From Azolla caroliniana (taxonomy: Eukaryota; Plantae; Polypodiophyta), in assembly GCA_043228905.1 (NCBI GenBank), contig JBHGNT010000003.1:992001-1056000 (forward strand): 64,000 nt of DNA. The letters are read 5' to 3'. The notes beneath the pieces were generated by a model, which was not told the origin of the DNA, made no database searches, and was given only the letters and a program-made list of their open reading frames with translations. Position 1 is the first letter of the stretch, and every line of letters begins with the position of its first letter. Position numbers and translations under genes: made by a program. Below, piece after piece: positions 1 through 13,583 of this stretch.

Positions 1-3000
1 ATATTTAGTTCCTTACGGCAATTCGGTATCATTTCGAGGAAAGATTTTGGTGATCTTATTCTTGGGATTTTTTAATACATAAGTCACTATTGGTTGGAGC
101 ATGGGAGCATAGGAACCTTAGCTCTCCTAATTGTGTAGCGTGCCCAAATGCAACAGAATCAATCTGACACATGTTGTGGGTCTGCCCAGAGACCCATCGA
201 ATATGGCGGGGGTTGGGCGCCTATTGCAATTATATCATATGCAAGGGACAATCGAGTGGGGAAATGTTTGTTGGTTATCATGGCAAGCCCCTATTGACAA
301 GTGCGAACATCAGGAGGAGGGGATGACTTTGGTGATAAAAGCACGAGAGGTTTTCTTTTCCACCATCGACAATATCCACTCAACTCCTATTAATGCCAAA
401 TCTCAAGTTGTGTTGGAATTGGTCAGCCCAATAACTCTTTAGATTCTATGGAAACGACGGTGTAGACGAGTCTTCTCCAACCAAACCATGCATCCAATAA
501 TGTTAATGCAAGAGACATGGGGTGAAGTTGCAGCCACTCTAAAGTGCCAATACGATGGCCTCACGGGCGGATCCAATGGAGTTGAAAGACAACGACTAGC
601 CGTCATCCAACAATGGTCGTCCTCTCCTTTTCTTGACTTGGTGGGCAACCACATAAGATGGAACTATTGCGTCCCTACAGGGATTTGTATATAACACTCT
701 CGTGTGTAAAATTCTATAACTAATGGAAGGAGTTTTTTTAATAAAATAAAATTTTGGGATTTTCTTCATGACCGAACAAAGGGGAAATATACATCTTAGG
801 TCATTGAATGCAAGCTTGATGGCTTAGTATTAAGGTCATGCCGCAAAAGTGTACAAACATATCATATATCAAGCTTTGAAAGATCCAACAATTTTCCAAC
901 TGGTGCACATGCACATTCCTTTCGATCACTAATTACCTTTAGTATGTTTATAGTTATTGTTGTAAATATAATTTTTTTGTAGATACTAAATAACTATTTT
1001 GCATAAGATGCATTCAATCATGCATTTCTCAACATATTTGGATGACTGATCTAATTACTAAAGACCATTAAAGCAAGTTTATTATCATAATTTATAAACA
1101 TATAGAATGATATTTAGCCATATGCTTTACATGATCGACTTAATTTATAAGATGCCCACCACATAAACATGTGGGGTTCCTTTTTGTTTGATAACTAATC
1201 AAGAACTTCTGTTGTGGATGCTAGATAAAGTTGCATATATTTATCACCATCATTGTATGAAACTAGAACCTACTTGTGAAAGTTCTAATTATCCACATTC
1301 CATGTGCGTTAAGCACCACATTCAATCAACTTCTTTCTCGTGAGAACAACAAGTTTATTCATATAGCTATATTCACTTGTGGCCTTTCACAAGATGGTTA
1401 AGCATTTGAAAGCATTGTCAATCCACGTGATTCTAAGTGGCTATCCATGCCAAAGAGATCACATTTTAATGTCCCATTTTATTAGACTTGTGCATTTTAT
1501 ACGATGACACTTTCTTTGCATTTTATGTGGTGACCAAGAGCGTATATTTTATGTCATGGAGATGAGATCAGTTCACACATATTAGTTTTACTCGATCAAA
1601 ATGCATCACCTTTGATTCTGTGTAAATATGTTTCACATTTGTTTGGACAACAAGAGGTACTTGGCTTTTATTGCATGAAACTAGGTTTGACATTGCTTAT
1701 GAATTGATGAATTATGTATATGAATCCTATAATATCATCCTTCACACATCTTCACGAAGTTATGAGGTTTTCCATGTAGGACAATATCATAATTTAGGAC
1801 ATCTTTTCACGTAAAATATTGGACATTGTTTAAGACTTTTGTTACATCAGCACGCAATAGTCCTAATTTGTGTTTCTCATCAACTGACGAGGCCGTTTGT
1901 GTATAGGCAACACTTTTTTGCTTAGACCTAGGCTCTTCTTACCGTATCATTTTTTATCGGACATGAAAATGCTCAACTTTGATAGGAAATCATTTATTTT
2001 TAAGCTTTGAGAGTGTGATGCATTATGCATGGAGCTTCATAAGCTAAAGCTCGGTGAGTATCAAACAAAAGAGCACCATATGAAATGCATGTTGTTAATC
2101 AACATCGACATTTACATTTTTTTAACACAATGACTTCATTTATATACATATTCATTATGTCCATTACATCAAAGCTTCATAAGATTCTCAACAAACATAA
2201 ATTTGTTCATTAATTTATAGTGTTCCATGATGACGTCAAAATACATTGCATATATGTTCACAACACTCTTCAACAACACTTCATACAATGCAATCTCATA
2301 ATTCTCATTTATTATGTTGATACCGTTTTTACATTACACTACCACACTACTCATTGTGGAGCGTTGGAGTTTACTAACAAAGTTTGACGGGTTCTTACAC
2401 CAACATTTTTGGATTTGTTGATGACCAATGAAATTTGAAATAGATTTCAACACTTTTTCAATGTGAGAACGTGCATTTGAAAAGAAGGTAATATAAGTGC
2501 ATTTTACTTTTAATATGTCAACATTTTGAGAATCTATACACTATTATGTGCTAGGTGTGACCTTTTACTTTGTCTATGTTTTTAGCGCATTAAAAGCAAG
2601 CAGTTTGCTTGAACGCGTATGTTGTTGTGTGGATATACAATGTATGAGAATTGTAAAGCATTGACCCAATAATGTCATTTTATGGAGACTTTGAGCATGA
2701 AGATGTTTCAAAGGATACAGTAAAATCTCTATCAATGTGCTAGATGACACAATAGTTCACTATGGTTGTCGTGATCACAAAAATTTAAATCCTAATAAAC
2801 TACACAAGATTCCTCAAATAGGATTGATAGCCATACATGCATATAAGAAAACCTAGTAGATGGTACTCCACATTTCACTATACATTACATTTCTGCCAAT
2901 AAATTTTGTTTCGTAGAACACAAAAGGTGCAAATAAGTGTTTTTAAACAAGAACAACTAGCTAGTATAATCAAGCGTGAGGTATTGTCCCTCATCATTCT

Positions 3001-4458
3001 TGATGAAGCATCATTCATATGGATGTCTATGGTATTCTCGATTCCCAATGTGATGTACCACAACCCTTATGATTTGACATTTCATAGAAAACATACACAT
3101 TTAGGTAACCCTCCAACTGTAACAAGAATGTACATATTATACACAACATTGAAAATAATCTAAATGTCCACCCTAATTTCTAAGGCACTATAGAACATGA
3201 ATAATTGCTATATTTATTTTTTGTGAACCTACCTTTTTATTGTTGGGTAAGATCTATTATGAAGTCTTGTGAGATCTATCTCGAGAAAGGCATGGGCACT
3301 CCTTTCCTTTGTCATGAGGTAAGTTGAGTTATTTGAGAGTGTAGACAATATGATTGCTTTTTGGTGTGATTTGACCACGTGCACCACTTTTGGGGGCAAT
3401 TGCTTTTATCTCAACCATGGTTCACGAAATTGTAGAATCTCTTCATTAACGGACCCTCCCCTCGTGAGATAGAAATGAGTACTCAATGGTGAGTGGCAGA
3501 GTGGACTTACACCCTTTGGGAATTCAAAAAACCAAGGCCGTTTCAATTTTCAACCAATTAAAGAAGGAAGGCAGAAAAAATAGATAAGCCTTTTAATCAA
3601 TTTGGCAGATGAAGATATTAAATGGATCCGAGATTCGTATGCGTCCCTTTGTATTTGAACTTTAACCACATGTACACCTCATCAATATAAGATCAAATAG
3701 TCGAACAGTTGGATTGTGAATCTTGGTGTGGTCCCTAAATTACTAGAATATGTGAAAGCAAGCCACCACATAATAATGATGGCTATATCACACACGCGTG
3801 CACGTTTAGCGTGCTTGTGGCCATGTCCCCAAATGGTTATGATTTAAATATTCGAACATAAGTAGACATGTCTAGTGGTGGTAGTTTTATGTTCAATATG
3901 TCCAAGATCCATTGAATGGTAAACCCCTTGCCCAACATTAATAAAGCGTCAATGTGAACTAAAGTTGCAACATTTAACACACTAAAAGACACATAGAAAC
4001 GACCCAATGGCAAGCTCCAAATAATTGCAATAGGCAACAAAATTTCCGAAGGAATCTTAGAAATTTCCAATGGTTTTAATAAGATGTCGAAATCTCCAAA
4101 GCCACATTGAAAATTAATGAATCCAATTTATAACATTTTTCAAACTTTGCAATGTGTTTTAACGAGATAAACAAAACATTGGAAACTTTGGATATAGTTG
4201 TGTTTGATTAATTGATAATAGAATTTGACTGAACAATATGAGTATAATGATACCCAAGAACTCCTAATACTATCATGTTACAAAGTATTTGCCCAATGAG
4301 GTAATGCAATCGAATGGCATTCAAATAGTGTCATATCGTCGCGAAATTGTGTGATATATATATACTCATGAATGAGCTGATGAAAAAACCCAATATTGAG
4401 AATGGTGTTGCTCATGTCATGTGATCATGCAAAGTCTTTTCTTGTTTAATCCTCATTC

Positions 4459-6480
4459 TCATGACCTATCTGTGCTAAAATTCGCGACATAAACCTGGCA
4501 TTTGATGACGATTTCTCCCACTCTAAACCCTGGCATAACCGTAAATGCGACCGTCCTTGGTTGAGTACCATCAAACTCATCCTGTTTGTGATTGTTATCA
4601 ATATGATCAATATCATTCTTACCATTGCTCTTGCCCATTGATTCATCTAAGTTTTGTATGTTTTGCACTATACTCTCCATATATAGTGAAGAAAACCTTG
4701 CATTTTTCTCAACCCCAAATATGTGTGCACAATTATTCTCATCATCCTTATTAGGGAAGGAGAAAACAAGCTTATGAAGCATCCACATAGCCATGGCAAG
4801 CTTAAGGAAGCTATGATAAAATGGAGTCTTTGGGTGAGCACCATGCTCTAGGATTTGCTTCCTATGATCATTCAAGCTACCAAAGAAGGCTTCTTCCATC
4901 TTGGGATGAACCACATCAAGGAACCTGTGCATGCAATACAGAGAAAACTTGCTCTTTGGATTAGATAGGATGGCATCATAATGGCTTATATATTCATCAA
5001 TGCTCAACATATTGGCCAGCTTACTATGGTCATGATGATCATTGAGTAATAAACCAGACTTGATTGTTGAAGGATCCATGAAAGCTATATCCTTGGAAGT
5101 AGTCATCATCATCATTGGCATCAGATCTTGGAAATCTTTATAACACTCTACTTGAATCCTCTTCTTGTCATGATGACCATCATTAACATCACTGTCATTG
5201 TCAATGCGATGACGATAATCGAAGCTCTCGCTCTCGAATCCATTAAGCATTGCGTGGTTCACATATGATTCGAACGCGAACTTGGTGTGCCTCTTCTGCA
5301 TATACTTCACTCCGGGCTCGATGGCATTCGATGCGAGCTGCAGGTCCCAACCCGATTTCTTCATGAAGGAGATCATAAGCTTCGTAAAACTCCTCGATGC
5401 TTCAGATGCACTCAACACGGCACGTTCTAACAATTCTGGTGTCGGTGTCAGGGAATCTGGTCGGACACTCGGATCCGGAACATTGATCAAATGATGCTTC
5501 TGATCTGTTCGCATATCATGGACTGAAGATCTCATCCGTCGATCTTCTACTTCTAACATCTCCTCTCGATTCTGCGGGAACAAAGTTGTAGGGAGATTTC
5601 CGATCTTCTCCTTCCTTCTTGTCTTCTTACTTCTTGTTTTCTTCAGTATGGTTTCTTCATCTTTCTTCCATGGAGTATCCTGGTGATTCAAATCATTCAG
5701 AGTACCTTCTTCATCATCGGCATCGTTATCATTATCATCATATGATGTGGTCTTCATGGTACTCTTCACATTGTATAATAGATGGGATGATCTGTTGTCC
5801 GAGATCTCATGGTGATCATGATGATGATGGTGAACCCTATTAACATAATGATCATGATCACCAACATTAATGTCTTCATCTTCATCATCATCATCATGTG
5901 GATGTGATCTCAACACATGCATCGCGACTTTATCATGATCATATTCATTACCACGATGTAAAGAAGTCTCAGCTAGTTGACCAATACGAGGGTTAGGGTT
6001 AGGCTTAGTATGCTTACTAGGATTAGCAGGCGTAGAGTTAATAGGGTTAGGGATACTACTGTTAGGGTTATTGACTTTCGGATCAATAGGATTCCTAGCG
6101 TTAGCATCATTTCTAGGTTTAGGGTTACTAAAAAGGTTTGTATTACTAGGGTCAAATCGTAGCAGCAACATATGAAGCTGAGACATGTTTTGCATGTAGG
6201 AAGTGTTGATGAGGTGGGAGAGGTTTGTAAGATGATGGACCATGGCTCTGTCTGCCTGCTTCATCATCATCATCACCAGCTTCTTCTCATGACGTTGCGA
6301 ATGGTGATAGCCATGATCATGATCATGAGCTGCTGAATAGTAGTAGCTGTGGTGGTTGTGGTAGTAATGGAGCAGCGAGCTCTGGATATGGATGTAGGAT
6401 CTCTTGAGAGCAGAAACAGTCATGGCCATGTCGTTCATCAGTTCCTCCATAGCCATCATCGCCTCCTTCATCGTGACCAT
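4459..6480 (-). CDS. DUF641 / GRAVITROPIC IN THE LIGHT 1 (GIL1)/IRK-interacting family protein, apparently intronless, 673 aa
   Basis: Long ORF. N-terminal DUF641-like motifs (TVSALKRSYIHIQ...ADRAMV) and C-terminal family motifs: SFTKLMISFMKKSGWDL, KFAFESYV, VVHPKMEEAFFG, HPKTPFYHSFLKLA..MWMLHKLVFSF, FSSLYMES, VAFTVMPGFRVG..VIKCQVY. Confidence 0.85.
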   Translation of the reverse strand: MVTMKEAMMAMEELMNDMAMTVSALKRSYIHIQSSLLHYYHNHHSYYYSAAHDHDHGYHHSQRHEKKLVMMMMKQADRAMVHHLTNLSHLINTSYMQNMSQLHMLLLRFDPSNTNLFSNPKPRNDANARNPIDPKVNNPNSSIPNPINSTPANPSKHTKPNPNPRIGQLAETSLHRGNEYDHDKVAMHVLRSHPHDDDDEDEDINVGDHDHYVNRVHHHHHDHHEISDNRSSHLLYNVKSTMKTTSYDDNDNDADDEEGTLNDLNHQDTPWKKDEETILKKTRSKKTRRKEKIGNLPTTLFPQNREEMLEVEDRRMRSSVHDMRTDQKHHLINVPDPSVRPDSLTPTPELLERAVLSASEASRSFTKLMISFMKKSGWDLQLASNAIEPGVKYMQKRHTKFAFESYVNHAMLNGFESESFDYRHRIDNDSDVNDGHHDKKRIQVECYKDFQDLMPMMMMTTSKDIAFMDPSTIKSGLLLNDHHDHSKLANMLSIDEYISHYDAILSNPKSKFSLYCMHRFLDVVHPKMEEAFFGSLNDHRKQILEHGAHPKTPFYHSFLKLAMAMWMLHKLVFSFPNKDDENNCAHIFGVEKNARFSSLYMESIVQNIQNLDESMGKSNGKNDIDHIDNNHKQDEFDGTQPRTVAFTVMPGFRVGEIVIKCQVYVANFSTDRS

Positions 6481-6619
6481 GGAAGGGGGCCCTTGACAGA
6501 TGATGCAGCTGATCAGAGGACTGCCCTAGACATGAAAGACATAATCTGCGCCTCGTTACAATCTCTTTTTTTCTTTTCTACTGTCGAATGAAACGAGAAA
6601 GAAGAAGAAGACGAAGAAG

Positions 6620-7125
6620 AAGCTTACGTGGCACCGCCACGTGGCCGCGTATAGCTTATGTGGCACGCGATAGGCCGGTGTGGATGGTTTGCTCTCCGAC
6701 CTGGTGCTCGCTTGGGAGCGCACGTGGCGCCTCTGCGATTTTCCGTTGTGACGTCGTAATGGAAGAAGATGACGTGGCGCTGCCACCTGGCGGCGAGTAT
6801 CTTATGTGGCAAGCGGTCGGCGACGTGGATGCTTTGGCGATTTACCGCGCTGACGTGGACGGCAGCCACGTTAAGAATAATACGCTTACGTGGCGCTTCC
6901 GTGGAGTTGCTGATGTGGCAAGAGAACGGCTCACGTGGATGATTTGCACTCCGGCATAGGCATGCTTACGTGGCTCTACTGCCATTTCACGCGCTGACGT
7001 GGACAGCTGAGGTTACGTGGCAGCCGCGGAGTGCTATACCGTCGGTCTGGCGGATGACGTGGATGCCTGGTGGAAAGCCCGGCTAGGGGGACGTGCTAGC
7101 GTGGCATATGCCGACGTGTCAGGCC
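6620..7125. promoter_or_regulatory. GC-rich cluster of ACGT-core G-box/ABRE-like motifs upstream of the GIL1-like gene
   Basis: About 16 ACGT cores counted by eye in ~500 bp. About 13 are ACGTGG, including the palindrome GCCACGTGGC at ~6636-6645; one is ACGTGTC. The region is much more GC-rich than its flanks. Confidence 0.6.
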
Positions 7126-7330
7126 CGCATCCACACACACACGCTGTGGCCCCGCACCTTATCATTCAATTTCGTTTAATTTATCTCGACATTATTATTT
7201 CTATTATTATTTGAATATGTAGTCGAAAGACGATTGATAGTTAAAAACTCTTTATTCCGTATTTATTATTTATTGCTGCTATAATTTAGGGGAATTTTGT
7301 TTATACTATGAAAAAGTCCCCATCGCCCGT

Positions 7331-7470
7331 CATACATACATACATACATACATACATACATACATACATACAAACATACAAACATACATACATACATACA
7401 TACATACAAACAATAACATACAAACATACATACATACAAACATACAAACATACATACATACTACATACAT
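7331..7470. repeat. (CATA)n / (CAAA) tetranucleotide microsatellite
   Basis: Direct reading: catacatacatacata... with caaa variants. Confidence 0.95.
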
Positions 7471-10400
7471 CCATTCATTCATATACGCATTAATGACAAT
7501 GATGTTCGTCCGGCATGCCTCGTCAATGATCTAGTGTGAGGGATTCCATGGATCGAAAGCTTTGATGTCATTCATTGTGCTTTCAATGTTTGCCTAGCTT
7601 GAAACCCTTCCTAGCACATATAGTTTTCCCAAGGATACCTCACGTGCACCACGTTCTCATGCTTGTTTCGTTCTCTCCATATGGAACTCCCTCAAGCCTT
7701 TGGGCAAAAAGAGCCGAATATGTCATATTTCATGGCAATGTAGGGGCACTTTATTATAGCCCTAAGAAGAGTATCTTAGAAACTTCCCACATAAAAGTCT
7801 TTGTAACGAGTTGTATGCTCTATTGATGTTGAGTTTCGTGTCTCATTATATCGGGGTGGTCCAATGTATGCACGACTAATCGTGGCTCTCGAAACTCTCA
7901 CATTAAGAGCTACTTTGCACTTTGTGAGGACCCCCTTTTGAGTAACAAAGATTTGTTGTCATTGTGATTATTAAATCATTCAGATACTTCAATTTATTTG
8001 ATGGAATCCATATGGGTCTAACTTTATTTGCTAGATAATGATTTTGTCGTTTTCTCTTCCTTGTTTGTGGAATAAATATTGATCTATATGGTCCTTGATA
8101 TTGTCACTAACTTCTACTAGCTCAACAAGCATGAAGGTACATATGTGGCCCACAACGTATGGGTGTTGAAACATGATAATAAGTTAATCGTTACGTCACA
8201 AAAATATAACATATACATCCCATCCTTTCGCTCATGGGAAGTGTACCAACATAATCACACCACATGAGGATCATGAGAGGGCTTTTTCCCTTTAAGCAAT
8301 GCTTGTGAATAATTATTGTTTGAGAGCTTGAAGTAAGGCTTAAAAGAAATGATAGCAAAGGGAAGACATGTAGGAAGAAGTGGACACACTCTATGTTGCA
8401 TTGGTATACATGCTCATTCTCCCTCTTTGTTGGAATTTTTTTATCAAAAGACTTTAGAAAATCTTAACATCACTCTTGTAATTGAGCCATTGTTGTTTTT
8501 GTGAATCAAATTACAACTTAGAAAAACCAAAAGGCCATAATATTTTATTTGCTAATATATTGGTGTGATTAATCTAATTAAGCACATGCAAACATGGGAT
8601 TATTGGATCTAAGTTAATTAGATCTAGGTGATAGTTTCATACATCTTGGACCAATATGTGGGTCTTTTTATGAGTGTAGGGATTAATGTGCAAGCTTTTT
8701 AACCCGACATGAGCAAAAATATAGTATATGAGTGTACTGTGTAGGGATCAATGTGGGAATTTTTTAGGTCTACATGCGCAAAAATATGTAGTGTTAATAC
8801 CACGCTTTGCAACCCAAAGTATATGGGATTTTTTTTCCTCCAAAATGAAGCTACTTTCCCATTAGTTAGGAAAAAGTATATGGGAGTTATTTTGCATTAT
8901 TATTCCAAATCTTCATGTTTTTAGTTTGCGTGATATGTAAATTATAATTTTTCTTCTAAAATATATGGTTTTACATAACAACTCTAATCTGTGATTTCTA
9001 TCTTCACACTACACAAATATTCAATGGAATGCACCGGTTGGGTGGGAATTAACAAAATTTTGTGTTGAGGGATCAAGCACACTACTAAAGTAAATCAAAC
9101 TTCAAATAGTTCCATAATATCTTATCTTGGGAACCACAATAGAGTGTCAATGGTCTTTTCATAAGTGCTTCCCGTTACTTGATTTAATGAAATGGTCCTT
9201 GATATCAAATTCACAAGCTTGGGTCTCACCAAAACTTCTTAAATATAATTGGGCAAATACAATGTTTTTACTTGTAATATTCTCGAGCAATGACTTTTAT
9301 ATTTTATTCATGTTTTTTTGCTTGAAATTGTGAACAATAACAACTTTGGAATTTCAATCTCCACAATATGAGGGTTGAAAATAATGTCATTGACTTGAGT
9401 AAAATATCAATTTCCATTGACATCTTATAATGATGTTGTAAAGGTGTTTGGGAAACACTCCTGGCAATGCACATCACACGTGATGATAATGTGAGGGCAT
9501 GTAAGTAATACAATTAAGTTTTCTTTGTCTACCAACTCTTATAAGCAATGATGTTGCTTCAATCTACATCTTAGATTTGCATGAATATTTGCAAGTAGAT
9601 GTAGTTGTTATGTCATTACACTTATATCACATATCATATAAAACAAAACACCATGTTTCATTTCTTTGTTTTGGGTAGGTTAAATGGGTCTTGCTTGAAA
9701 AGGTTATAAAAGTTAGTGTTTTAGGCATGGGGTTATACATGATGATAAGTGATTGGATCGCTTATTGATATGTCCTTCCTAATTTGTCTTGTTTTTTTTT
9801 TTCCTAAAAAAAATTGTCTTGGTTTGTTCGGGCTCTATGTGTTTAGACCCGCTTCCAAACATTTATTTGATATCGTTCAAAATAATAGCTTCAAAACCAG
9901 ACAACAAAATGCAATGACATGTATAATTATTAATGACTATCACATCTACATTGGATTGTGATCATCATTGAAAGGACAAGGATGCAGAGGAAGTTCACAA
10001 CACTAATCATGCTAATCAAGAGGGTTATAAGAGAGAAAAATGAACAAGCTACTCATCAAAATGATGAAACTACATAACGATGAAACTAATTGAAACTTAA
10101 TGCTTCATTAACATAAGTTGTAGGGAGAGGAAAGAAGTTAGCATGCAACTTTGGGTGCAACCTTCCCTCGTTGCATGTAACTCTTCCACAAGAGGTGGAT
10201 TTTTGCCCAATATATGAAGGGGCTCAATTGTACACAACCCTCCAAAGTACTGATCTATATTTTCATGCTTCACTTTACAATACTTTTTCTACTACCTTTT
10301 TTCATTATATGTATCTATCTTTTATGTTAATTGTAATTAAATCACTAATGCATAATCCTTTAGATACTTGCACACTTGTATTACCTGTCAATTGATGACA

Positions 10401-13400
10401 TGTCATATTTCAATTTTCCAACAAGGTACGCCCCTTGGGAGGCCTTAAGTATAACATAAACAAGCTCTAGGGCATGTTTCTACGCATAAATTTGCGTCCT
10501 ATGGAAAGAGGCTATTTGTACTATGGAAACATTTGCACCAAAAGGGCTAATTGACATATAAACTCTATTTTCTAGTTCATTATGACTAGCACTTACCACC
10601 TAGCCACAAGAATTCTTACCGTTCTCCCATCATTGCCCATATAATAATATCTACAGACTACAATATGGCATGAATCATGGCCCCTTTTTCTTTAATAATT
10701 TCTTCGGTTTGTGTGAAAAGAATTGAATAAGAACCTTTTGGATCATTTCCCTATATGTAAATGGTAAGTTTCTCAAGCTACCCTAACCCAATGTTTGTAT
10801 ATTCTTTTCTTGTAAGTAAACAATGATTCCGCCACAAGCCCTGGAATTCTTTGCAATAACCTAACCACGATGGAGAATACTCACATACTCATGGGTCAAT
10901 AATTGCAATCTCAATTGTCTAGTGGTTCGACCCAAAATAAAGAAGAAATTTTTAATTCTTTAAAGTACTCCCACTGTCCACATACTAGCAAAATGGATGA
11001 AAGCTAATAAATACCATAATGAGAGAACTCACCAACATCAAACCACCCCTACATCGTATTAGTATTACCAAAGAGTAAAAAGCATATTTGATATTGGTTC
11101 ATGAATACCATCAATACATATAGGACCCACCCATTTTGTCATTCTATGTGGAATTTAATGGTTTGGCCATCACAACCTTCAATGTGGTTAAGTGGGAAGA
11201 AATAAATATATTATATACGAGGAGATTCAGACCAACTCACCCAAATATGATGATACTAGAAGCATATAGATGAACCCACACAACAAACTCCTCTACTAAA
11301 TAAAATTGGGTTCATGGGCTACCAAGAGACACCCAAGAGACACGTCAAGTAATGAGTATTGACCCATAGAGCAACTCAAAGAAAAGAGAGTGTGAGTCGT
11401 GACATATGTATATGAGCCTTGAGGTACATAGTTAATGAGTCATCCCATAAATTATTATTCTTAGTTCCAAATTAAGGGTGTAATTGCAAATGATGAATGG
11501 CCCATTAGGCATATAAGAGAATATGTATCCATGGGTTTTTAGAGAAAACAAATATTTCACATGTGGAGAGCGATGCCAATAACTCTTTCGCATTTAGCTT
11601 ATTGAATCAACTTGTCGACAATTAAGGAAAATCATCATTCCCTATTTTCCTCAAGGCTTCTTTCCTCCTCAAGGCTTCTTTCCTTATACAAAGCCACACA
11701 AGATGCTAAGCAATAAGATATATAGAGAATTGAAGAGGTAAATAAGTGAAAATTGATGGAGATTTGCGGTTTTAGATCCCATCGAGTTACAATAGATTCA
11801 ACAACATGGATCAAATTATATGGATTATATAAGTTGGGAAGCCCTTTTACATAGGATGGGATTATTAAAAGAAAGAAGAGATAAGATTAAAATAGTATTG
11901 AATGGATATCCTTGAGTTTTTTTGTGGGTGAGTCTATGATAGATGGCCACGTTGCCTTGTTCATTGAATTGGATTTTGTCTCATCATTCATTGTACATAA
12001 ATGTAGCAATGAATCCTTTTTGTTGGATTCATTTTGACATCCCACGTGCCCTTATAATTTGCTTTCTTGTTGAAGCTTGGGCATTCAAATTCCCAAAACC
12101 ACAAACCTAACAATGAGCTCAATTATATAGCTCCGAATATGTTTTCTTTGATAAAAACAACATTATCTCTTTTAACATGACATTCTTATTCTTATCCTTT
12201 CATGTTTCATGGGTGCTTGGTTTAAGCAAAATACATATGTACTATCAACCTCATGCATTAAAGATCCTATTTACCCCTTTATTGGATATGCACCATTGAT
12301 CCAAATTCCAATAGTTCCAATGCATAGCTTTTACCATTTAAACTTTGTTTTGTTGTTGATCTTCTTTATATGATTATACAAATTCCAATGCATTATAAAA
12401 AGCGACTTTTTAACATATTTCTCCCTTCAAATATGCTACATCATGATACGATCTTAGTCCCATTGATGCAACTCTAGTCTAATCCACTCCTCATCCTCAT
12501 TTGGATCCACACATCATCCTAATGAAACCTGCACATCATACATCCAACTAACATCCATGATTGTTTGATCTATTTATGGAGCCTAAATGTAGCCATATCC
12601 ATGAGACCACTAAGGGTCAACGTTTTGCTTTTGTCCTCTAAATGGTGATGTTCTAATTCACTACATTTGCTTCCATTTTTGCAAACCCTCTCCAAGCCAT
12701 TCAATCTACCTCTACTTGAATGTAGTCTCTTTCCAAGCTTGGTCATACCTATTTTATGCTTGACTATGCTTTCATGTGCCCTCTCCGAGTTCATGGTCCT
12801 CTCATATCCATTCTATGTTTGACTATGTTTTCGTGTGCCCTCTCCAAATTGATGGTTCTAGTGTGCTCTCTCTTAATTGACCATTCTACGTTTGATTGTG
12901 TTTTCGTTGTAACAATTAACAACAAGAACATTTGGTACGTTTGTCTTGAAGAAACCATTAGGGAATGATTGATTGTGAAACTAACCCAACCTGAAGTAAT
13001 AGAAAGAACATTAGGCCCTTGTGCACAAGAAATCGATGATGGAGAGGTCAAGTCTGAAATCCACGCCAAAGCGAGTAACGAAAAGGATCATCTATGAATA
13101 GTCCAAATTCAGACTAATGGGAAGCTTCTCTCTCCCTATACCCTAAGCAATAAGCACTCGGATTGCCTTGTTTATTCGAGGAGTCTTTCCAGCTCATGAA
13201 ATAAGTAAAGCAATGCCAAATGTCACATCTACGAAGCTAGCAATGATCTTGCGTGTTGTGGCACACCCGCGCCCAAGTCAACGTAGCATTTGGAACGGGA
13301 AGCTTGACGAGACTGCATCCAAAGCCATCGTGGATGAGAAAACTAGAGCGTAAAAAACTGAATCTAGAGTCATTCCAATTTCCGAGTGAGAAAGCCGAAT

Positions 13401-13520
13401 GCAAGAGTCATTCCGGGCGAGGAACCCGAGTGTGAGACCGAAGCGGTCATCTTAGTGTGAAATCAAAACCTTCCCCCATGAGAGCCAGAACCTTCTAGAA
13501 CATTCCATGGGGGCTTTGGA

Positions 13521-13524
<4 letters not shown>

Positions 13525-13562
<38 letters not shown>
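13525..13562 (+). repeat. (CT)n microsatellite in the probable 5' UTR of the PPR gene
   Basis: Pure tctctc run ending ~20 bp before the ATG at 13584. Confidence 0.9.
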
Positions 13563-13565
<3 letters not shown>

Positions 13566-13583
13566 TTTCCATCTCCCTCTCCA

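Noticed and set aside
5988-6130. Interstitial telomere array
   Set aside because: Only scattered degenerate TTAGGG/TTTAGGG units inside an open reading frame, not a true array.
6556-7214. Several 65-123-aa ORFs in the GC-rich island
   Set aside because: Expected by chance in GC-rich, stop-poor promoter-like DNA; no recognisable domain.
7266-7493. Short ORFs rich in YIHT / MYVC
   Set aside because: Translations of the (CATA)n microsatellite.
10400-13000. Possible decayed gypsy pol remnant (WVGP-like motif on the minus strand near 11120)
   Set aside because: Too degenerate; no ordered domain motifs, LTRs or TSD could be established by eye.
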